DNA from: Dudresnaya verticillata
Taxonomy: Eukaryota
Length of the DNA stretch: 64,000 bases
Direction: 5' to 3'
Assembly: GCA_977862235.1 (NCBI GenBank)
Contig: OZ374565.1
Location: 62,001 to 126,000, forward strand
Shown here: one piece after another, positions 9,998-17,804 of the stretch
How positions within the stretch are numbered: position 1 is the first letter of the stretch
Layout: the number at the start of each line of letters is the position of its first letter
Position numbers and translations under genes: made by a program
Notes under the pieces: generated by a model
Told to the model about the DNA's origin: nothing
What the model saw: only the letters and a program-made list of their open reading frames with translations
Database searches by the model: none

Positions 9998-12549
9998 TTA
10001 GTTTTTCGCCTGCGGCGGTGGTTGTGGCGCTTCATAGCGATTGATCATCGTCGGATGACGTTCTGCCGCGTGCGGCATGGGTCCGCCTCGTGGCGATTGT
10101 GGTCGTGCAGCACGGCGAGCAGCGTCGCGGGTCGCGCGTTCCTTGCAACGTACATACGCATCAGCGGGGACACCAGCCGAGTCCTTCATTAGTTGGTAAA
10201 AACCTTCATGAAGTCGCTCATGCGGAGGAAACAGTCCGGCGCGATGTGTCCGCGGGCGTAGCATTGGTGGCATACCAGCTGCCGACGCGCGTCTTGACGG
10301 GGCGGGCCTCTGTCCTACCACCCGGGCCTTGCTCGGTGGACGTGAGGAGCATACTCGGAATAGGTGACGCGTGGCGCTGGTGCGACCGAGCGCCCAAAGG
10401 CGAGAGCAGGGTCCATATCCCTTTCGTCCTCGTCATCGACGTAGCTGTCCGTTGGTAGAGCCGAGGTTGGCACCGACGCTTGCTCGTCTGCCAAGTACAA
10501 ATCGCCTTCGGCGTGTGTTTCCATGTCATCGACAGGTCGACTAACGTCTCGGAACTCGACGGAGGACTCCGCTATCATAGCGCGCGCTCCAGGCTTGGCG
10601 CCTCTCGTCTGTGGACGCAGTACCCCTCGAGCATCGCCGATGGCGGATCGCGGTGTGCGTATGGCTTGAGCCGGTGTCAGTAGGTCACGTCTTGCTGACG
10701 CGGAGCCGGCTCTGCCGTGTCGTGCGCGGTTGGCATCCCCTTCGTCCTGTGCGAAGTGGACCAGCCGCTCAAATGACAACTCCGCCCTTGGCGTTTCTTC
10801 TCGGAAGCGAGCGACCAGGGGCCTGATCGGCGGGTCTAACCCGTCGATGTACAGCGTCATCTTTTCCCAATCGGGATATACGTTACCGCAACGAATACAC
10901 GCGCCGGCCAGCCGCATCCCATAGGTCGTCTCGTCCTCGCCTTGCTTTTGGGCAGTCGACCGTAGGGCGAGGACAGCGTCCCTGATCGCCGCTGGCGTAG
11001 CATACGTACGGAGGAGGTACTGTACCGCCTCCGGATACGAAGACACCCCGCCGCGATGGCGAGAAGACGTCGACTTAACGGAGCGGAATTGCGTGGCTGC
11101 CGTACCCCGCAAGAAGTACGGCAGCGCGATGAACGCTTGGGCTTCGCTCATCTCCAGCGTATCGGCTTCATCCGCGTAACGCGTCAGGAACTCGAGGACC
11201 ATGACGGGGTCGCTGCCGTTGAAGGCGGCGTCCTTCATGGTCAGCTCCAGTCGCTTAATGTGGTCCTTGACCTTGCCCGTATCGCGCCCTGAGCGTTTTT
11301 GTCCTACGTCTTTGAGACAGTAAGTCCGGTACGATAATAGCTGATCGAAAAGGGGGTTGGAGGGGCGTAGCTCCTTCAACCCCTTGAACCGCTTTCCGCG
11401 AGGTCTTGCGGCACTGCCGGTAGTCGGGAAGTCGTCGTCTTCAGGCGAAGAGTCCGATGACTCTCCGTCACTTGAGGAGTCCGAAGACGATGAGGATGAG
11501 TCCCCTCGTCGATGGCGATTCTTCTTCCGTCTCTGACGTAGCTTCCGACGGCGTTTCTTCCGGTTCTTACGTCTGTGACGATCTTCGCATGAGCTCTCGT
11601 CACCTGACGGCGGATCATTGCGCCACTTGGCGGTTTCGAGACGCTCTAAGCGGGTCGCAAGTCGCTGAAAGCGTTCGCGTGAGCTAAGCTCAGAATGCGA
11701 ATGAACTGTTACTGCCGGCGGTGGTTGTGTACCCTCGCCTTGGGCGTTTTGGTTCGTCAATAGACGGTCGAGGTCGGAGCGTAGCCCTTGTAGGGCGCCG
11801 TTCCGATCCTCTTCCAACGTCTGTAGACGACTTGCGATTCCTCCGACACTGTCGTCCAGCAACCCGGCGAACCGAGCGAGCATCGCATCGTCCTCTAAGA
11901 CGCACACCTCTCGGATCCGTTCGCGTGGTATCGTTAAGTTACTCACGCGGACGGCCGAGGGTGACGCCGTTGGCGGTTGGCTTTTGCGGTTGGACCGGGC
12001 GGGCGTCCCTTGCGCCCTTTGACTTGGCGAATTCGGCTTAGCCGGTGAACAACCGGCACTGCCGTGGGGAGTGGGGCAACATGCCCCGTGTGTCAATGGT
12101 TCGTCACAGACGTTGCGCTCCGCGGAGCGCCCCTGTTCGTCGTTGACGTGGATGGTTGGTTGATCCGGAAGTTCCGGTTGTCCCGCGACGATGTCGGCTT
12201 GTGTTCCGTCTACGACGTCCTGTTGCTCGGCTTGTACTGTATCAGCCGAGTCAACATAGGAGCGGTAGGTGCGGAGGGCCGATCCCTCGGGGACGGAGGT
12301 GCGGACGACGACGGGGTTGTGGCGCGTCGGCGGGGGAGGTAACTCTCCTCCGTTGAGCGACGCGTGGGAGCCTGCGTGGCCGTGGCCCGGGGGTAGCGTC
12401 GGGAACGCCGACGCGATCTCGGGGCTCACGAGGCGCCCAGACCTCGTTGTTATCCGCTGTAGCGACCGTTCAGACGCGGGTACACTCCCAGGCGTCGAAG
12501 ACGGTCTTCTTGAACTTGGGCCTCGCGACGGCGGCGGTCGTGAGGCCAT
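9998..12549 (-). pseudogene. Gypsy gag: 744-aa ORF, in-frame TAG at 10315-10317, then zinc knuckle and a further frameshift
   Basis: Capsid-like region (FNGSDP...FL...; YIDGLDPPIR); past the stop the same frame encodes CHQCYARGHIAPDC (CX2CX4HX4C); C-terminus ...QAKN* at 9998. Confidence 0.8.
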
Positions 12550-12655
12550 GATACAATCGTAGAGTTGCTTGAACGTCGTGGACGATTAGCGACAAACGTC
12601 AGAGACGGAGAGTCGGACGTTGCGCGACGGAGAAACTCGTTGAAACGTAGCACAA

Positions 12656-12673
12656 TTCTAGGTCGGGAGACCA
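12656..12673 (-). promoter_or_regulatory. Primer-binding site, probably tRNA-Tyr
   Basis: Minus strand TGGTCTCCCGACCTAGAA, 2 nt after the LTR end CA; its complement ends ...TCGGGAG-A-CCA (G72/A73 as in eukaryotic tRNA-Tyr). Confidence 0.7.
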
Positions 12674-12675
12674 GA

Positions 12676-13115
12676 TGTGGTGCAAAGCGTTTGTAGACGA
12701 TGGACCGCCGGGCAGTTCGGGGCTCGGTGGGTAGTTGCGCCCTTGGCGAGGGGTGATCCTGCCGTGGGCGACTTGGTGGTAGAGCAAAGGAACACGCCTT
12801 GGGCGGACTGTAGACGCCCGAGGCGGAAGGTGTGAAAGAAGGGAAAAGGGAAACAGAAAGGAACAAAAGGACAACACGTCAAGGACGGGTAGAGACGTGG
12901 AAGCACGGGAGGTAGACGCTTAGCCGTAGGCAGCGGTAGGATACGCGCGAGCGGAACGGGGAAGTCTGGACCAAGGCCGGCTTGTCCGGGGTTTACTCAG
13001 CGTCGCAGACGGATTACCTAATATACTACGTGAGCGACGGCGGTGGGCGCGGTGCGCTGGAACTCAGGACGCGTGTCACGTCGTCGAGCGTCTGACACGT
13101 CGTCGTCGCCATGCA
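12676..13115 (-). repeat. Gypsy 5' LTR (440 bp)
   Basis: Minus strand starts TGCATGG and ends ...TGCACCACA, followed by PBS and gag. Confidence 0.82.
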
Positions 13116-14825
13116 GCCGCGCGCGCGGGAGCTCAGGAGTAGCTTACAGGCGCATGCGTGTAGCGTTGCGGGTGATCCGGATTCGGATCCAGATCCCGGC
13201 CAGCATTGCTGGCGCGCGGCCCTTACAGGCGCGCTCCTTACATCATGGTGGATCCGGATGCCGGATCTCGAAGTTCCATCCGGATCCGATCCGGATCCGG
13301 GCCAAGCTTACAGGCGGGCGCCCTGCGCCCGGCCGATCGGGATCGTGCATCCGGATCTGGCCGTACAGTGGGCGCGTGCGCCGCGCCGCGCGGGGTAACG
13401 GCGGCCGTATGCCCGTGGGCCAATCGTCGATGACGTGTTCGCGCGCCAACGGCGGTGGACGTTCCGTCGGTGGACGTTGGCATATAATACGCTCAGAGCG
13501 AAAAAGGGGCAGCCCTCACCTTGCACCATAGGCGGCGGTTGACAAGTCCTCCGCTTCGGTCGCCTACGGCTCCCTACGCTGCGGACTTTGCGCTCGCCGC
13601 TCCGCGCGCCGCTCGAGCGAACAAGAAACGAGGCATTTACTTTAATTCGACAGCACAGTCCTTTCTAGTTTCTCTTCGTAGCGCGATCGAGGCTGCAGTG
13701 CATACCCGCGAGCGTCAAATACCCAGTTGGCTACCATGCAGGCGGTCTGGTACGCTAGAGGGAATAGCTCGTCCTCAAATGCCCAGCGCCCCAGGAACAA
13801 TCTATGTCTGTTGTTTATAAAGCCAATCCCCCATTCGTTCACCATGCGTTGCTTCCTTATATCGCGATTATGTGCCACTCTGTACATCCAGAATGTGCTT
13901 TCGTTGCGCTTATACGGCACAACGATATCCCCGTCGCCTGAAAACCCCATGTCTGCCATGCCGTGCTGCGCACCAGTCAAGTAGCTCTCTCAGTTCTGAT
14001 ACACATCCGACTCCGTGTAGAGTGTGCGGTCAGACTCTGCACCCTTGCCGGTGACCTCAACGCGTATGAAGCGACCAAAGAGATCGCAAAAGACGAGAAT
14101 AGAGAAACAGTGTGCCTTCTTATATCCATCGTACGCTCGTTCCTGTGCCGCTGCGTCCTTCGGTCTCCACCTCTTGTTTTTGTTTCCGTCCACGAAGAAC
14201 ACACAGGACGGAAACCCTATCACAAGCCCTTCCATATCCTTTCTCTCTTCGTGTCCCGGCCATCTAATCAGCGCCGGGGACAGGTCGTCCAAAGCTTTGT
14301 GCAGTCCGACGAGCACATGTCGGAAGTAGTTCGATATGGAGCCGACAGAAAGCCCATACTTCAGAGCGACGTGTTCCAGCCCTTGGCTTCCCTCGTTCGC
14401 ACCGCCTAGAATGTCGAAGAACATGAATAACATTTCTACAGTACCAAGTTTGCGCTTTCGTGGCGTCCGCAGGACAGCGTCATTCTTGGCGCGCACATTA
14501 AATGCCTTCGCCAGTTCTTGTTGGCAGACGCCATGAAGAGCGTCAAACGGTTCGCGGGAAAGATGCGTGATCTTCTCAAAGAGGAGTATGTCGGCATCTA
14601 TCTCGCGCAAAAAGTTATAAATTTCGGAAGCTGCTCTTCGGACATATGTTGCCTTTCTTCCATCCACACAGTTGCCCCGTCCAGGCCCGACTTGTTCTTC
14701 TTCGTCCGACGGCTCGTCTGCTGGTAGGCGGTTTGAAAGGGAGGAAAAGTGGAGGAGAAGGTTACTGGTGTGCTGCAGCTGGGCCTTGCACTGTTGGAAC
14801 ATGGCCAGAGCTGTTAGGATGTCGT
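13116..14825 (-). mobile_element. PIF/Harbinger-type DNA transposon remnant
   Basis: Transposase pseudogene plus a downstream region with clustered GGATCC/GATCCGGAT and CTTACAGGCG motifs (about 13140-13360) resembling subterminal repeats; TIRs cannot be confirmed in this window. Confidence 0.65.
13642..14825 (-). pseudogene. Harbinger/HARBI1-like DDE transposase with one in-frame TGA (13990-13992); 5' end interrupted by the Copia LTR
   Basis: FPSCVFFVDG, AYDGYKKAHC, GAESD, GMADMGF, RMVNEWGIGFINNRHRLF; ORFs 13990-14886 and 13642-13980 are in the same frame (YQN*ESYLTG). Possible start ATG at 14802. Confidence 0.85.
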
Positions 14826-15270
14826 TGTGGAAAGACTGAAGCAGACTGACTGCTGAGGGTGCCAGATTGGCGCTTAGATGCGACACAGTTTTATCTACGT
14901 CGCAATAAATCTACTTAGTCTTTATTTACTTTTGCTACAGTAAAATATTTTCTAGTGGATCGGTCGTACATTTAGAGACTAGAGCTAGTCTTTATGTGAA
15001 GATAGAGTTAGTCTTTTATTTAGTAGACTAACGCTGCAAAACTAGCTCTAAAAGTACGGTTTTACCTGCCGGAGTCTTGGCTAGCAAGCGCTCCGGCAGA
15101 GTATAAAGGGCCTCCCTCGCCGGCCAACTCGGCGAGGAAAGGACACACATTATCAACTCAAACCACCACCCCCAAGCCACTACTTGACATTTCCATATTT
15201 ACCGTCAACCGCTGTACGCATCGTGTGTATTTTTCCCGTTTTTGCTTACAGCCGCGCCGGTTCTGCCACA
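14826..15270 (+). repeat. Copia LTR (445 bp); further copies at 21746, 28666, 35586, 42506, 49426, 56346 and 63266
   Basis: TGTGG...CCACA termini; internal copies start 1 nt after the PPT (as TTTGG); TATAAA at 15102; followed by the palindrome ATTGATCAAT. The right boundary is inferred (alternative end ...TTAACA at 16078). Confidence 0.7.
15102..15107 (+). promoter_or_regulatory. TATA box in the LTR, flanked by two GC-rich hairpins
   Basis: GTATAAAGGG; stems 15066-15074/15091-15099 and 15115-15122/15130-15137. Confidence 0.6.
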
Positions 15271-15299
15271 TTGATCAATTACGCTCTACCGCCGCCGTT

Positions 15300-16028
15300 A
15301 TGCCGCTACGAAGCGTCCTAAGTAAGTTTTTCATTTAATTTTTGCCTGGGTCTTTGCTCTTGCAAGTGGTAAATTCTCTTTGCTCGATTTGGTGTGGTTG
15401 AAGTGCTATAATCCCAAATTAAGTCACTGACGATTTGCCATTTATTTTTGAACCAATCGTAATTTGGCTTGCAACAGTTCCGACCACAGCCGCCTCGACA
15501 CCTGTCTTGGCGGCGGGCATCGTTGCCTCCGGCGGCGCGGCCAATCTACGGGCCCCCGTTGCGACTGTAAGTGCTACCGTTACAGTCCCGGAGTGCAACG
15601 AAATTAAAAGTGCCGCCGTGCGCACTATACGGACCAACGCCGTATCTAAGGGCCTATCTACGTCCCCGCCTTCGTCGCACGCACTACCGCCTGTGCCGCG
15701 CAAGCCCGCCGTCGCCGCGCCGCGTCCCGCGCAGCTACAGCGGTTGAACCGGCGCAAGGCGAAAGTCCTGGCCGACAAGGTAAATAAGGCCGCCAAGAAA
15801 ACGCGTCGGGCACCGCGCGCGAAGCGTTTCTGCAAGCTGTGCAAGATTTCTTGCAACGGGCCGAAACCGTGGCTCGACCATATCGAGTCACGTGCCCATA
15901 TTCAAGCACGCGATAATCGGCGCGAGCTACCGCGCTGTAAACCGTGCCACCGCACATTCGAGTCTCACGGACACCTGTCCCGCCACTTGAACAGTAAGGG
16001 CCACCTCGACGTAATTTCGAAACTCTAG
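15300..16028 (+). CDS. Basic protein with two U1/matrin-type C2H2 zinc fingers; predicted exons 15300-15321 and 15478-16028 (190 aa)
   Basis: CKLCKISCNGPKPWLDHIESRAH and CKPCHRTFESHGHLSRHLNSKGH (CX2CX12HX5H); GTAAGT donor, CTGAC branch, AG-free zone and CAG acceptor give an in-frame join. Confidence 0.75.
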
Positions 16029-16118
16029 ATTCTTTTGATAAAATTTGTTGCTTTCAAAAGAATTGTCTCAACTTAACAAAAGTTTCGAAATATCGTACAC
16101 GTCCAAACCCGACCTGTA

Positions 16119-17804
16119 ATGGCGGACTCTGAGGATACCACCCTGCCACCTCAAGGGCTACCCACCCACGGTAACCAAGGTGCTCCCGTCAGCTCCGCGA
16201 ACGAGTTGGAGGAAACCGACTCAGAGGCATCTTCCTTGCATACTACCGTACCGTTTGCAGAAAATACCCGCCTTCACACCGTTGCACAGAAGACGTTTGT
16301 GGATGTCATCCGCACGCATCAGGAGTGCAATGTGACTGGTTCAGACTTCCTTGACATGTTTTGGGAAGACTATCCACCTTCTTTACTATTCGATGTTGCT
16401 ATTGCATGTAATTTTGCTTTGATGAGAAGACTTGCCCTATTCTTACCAAGTAAGGTTGGTGTACCGTATGCTCCACATGAGTCGGGAGATGTTCTCAACC
16501 GGCTAGCTGTATCAATCTATGAAGGTCCCTATCTTGCTTCAGCGTACCGTCATATCAGGAGCATGGTTTTGTCTCTCGGCAGTATCAACAGATCTGATTC
16601 GAGTATCGGTTCATCATCTCGCGACTCTGTTCCCAGAAGTCATGGCAGTAAATCTGAACGCCCGGAACGACACCTAGCGCTAAAAACTGAGGATGGTAAC
16701 GAAGACTCGGATCAGCCATCTGGTGCTACTATAGGTGCTCGGTCACCGGCTCACAACATGGCCGTTCGCTTCAAGGATGATTCCAAGAAGTTCTCTGGTG
16801 CTTTAGGAGAATGCTGGAAGGAATACTTGGAGGACTATGTTGATGCCGCTACTGACTACGAGTTGACCGAAAAACAGAAGCTGCAGTATCTTCCCAATAT
16901 CCTTAAGGCTAGTGCTAAAAGGTACTTTAACCGCAAAGTTAAGCACTCAGCTCACTCCTTCACAGCTGCAGATGATATGATGGAAGCGTATTTCAACTCC
17001 ATCTCTCGACAGCATCGTATCGAGAATCATCCCAATATGCTCCGCATCGAGAAGTTCGTTTCAGGGACAGTTAACCTCAGTGATGCATTGCAGAAAGTCG
17101 ATGAGCAGATCTCAACGCTCGCTCCACAAGGCCCAATGCACTGTCATGCTGAAGCTAACATGGTCGTCTACCTTCGTCGAGCAGTCATTGGACACTCGTG
17201 GGCTAAGGAACCAATCAGCCGTGCTTCAGCTGAAAGGCTGACTTACCAAGAGTTCTTCTCTCAACTCGAATCGGCTATTCAGCAGAACAGAGAGGAGAAA
17301 TCCCATAGGGCTCAGATGAATCCCCGCAGCCGTTTTATCGGAGCTCCGCAGCCTGATTTTCCTAACACTCTACTTGCTAGATACGGAAGAGACAAGACCG
17401 TGGCTTTTGCCAGAGGTAATAGTAAGCCGGTCTCTGCCCAATCAAGCAATATCGTGTGTTTCAATTGCGGAAAGAACCACATGATTAGAGATTGTAAGGA
17501 AGTCATGGACGCAGCAGCAATTGCCGCACGAAAAGTTCAGTTTTATCAGAGGAAGAAGTTCGGAAATAATCAGAACAAAGCTTTGAAGCGAGTTTTGTTT
17601 GAAGTTTGCGAACAACTGAAACCTGAGCCTGAGATTGAGGATGCCCACACATTCTTCAACGTCAGTGAAGAAGTAGAAGAGGAGATTCAAATCCGAGGTT
17701 CGGGAGATGAAAGAGAGTCGGAAGACGAAGAAGAAGAAGAAGACTCTATCGAACAGTTCTATCAGTCCATTGAGGGTTCCATTCCCAATGGGTTGGATTT
17801 TTAG
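16119..17804 (+). CDS. gag: Copia gag (561 aa), unit 1
   Basis: Intact ORF upstream of the protease; knuckle CFNCGKNHMIRDC; ends GLDF* on GGATTTT. Confidence 0.8.
   Translation: MADSEDTTLPPQGLPTHGNQGAPVSSANELEETDSEASSLHTTVPFAENTRLHTVAQKTFVDVIRTHQECNVTGSDFLDMFWEDYPPSLLFDVAIACNFALMRRLALFLPSKVGVPYAPHESGDVLNRLAVSIYEGPYLASAYRHIRSMVLSLGSINRSDSSIGSSSRDSVPRSHGSKSERPERHLALKTEDGNEDSDQPSGATIGARSPAHNMAVRFKDDSKKFSGALGECWKEYLEDYVDAATDYELTEKQKLQYLPNILKASAKRYFNRKVKHSAHSFTAADDMMEAYFNSISRQHRIENHPNMLRIEKFVSGTVNLSDALQKVDEQISTLAPQGPMHCHAEANMVVYLRRAVIGHSWAKEPISRASAERLTYQEFFSQLESAIQQNREEKSHRAQMNPRSRFIGAPQPDFPNTLLARYGRDKTVAFARGNSKPVSAQSSNIVCFNCGKNHMIRDCKEVMDAAAIAARKVQFYQRKKFGNNQNKALKRVLFEVCEQLKPEPEIEDAHTFFNVSEEVEEEIQIRGSGDERESEDEEEEEDSIEQFYQSIEGSIPNGLDF

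Larger units (their letters stand above)
9428..13115 (-). mobile_element. Gypsy/Ty3 LTR retrotransposon, 5' half (LTR, PBS, gag, protease), degenerate and truncated
   Basis: LTR TG...CA, 18-nt PBS, gag with CCHC knuckle, LDTGA aspartic protease; no RT or integrase left. Confidence 0.85.

Noticed and set aside
10315..10317. Programmed stop read-through before the gag zinc knuckle
   Set aside because: Further stops and a frameshift follow, so decay is the simpler explanation.
9109..13115. DIRS-like or TIR DNA transposon because of the long inverted termini
   Set aside because: Contains a PBS, a protease and a TG...CA LTR typical of Gypsy; no tyrosine recombinase, transposase or TSD.
15419..15957. 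Antisense ORFs over the ZnF gene, and the many overlapping ORFs in GC-rich element regions
   Set aside because: Shadow frames without motifs.
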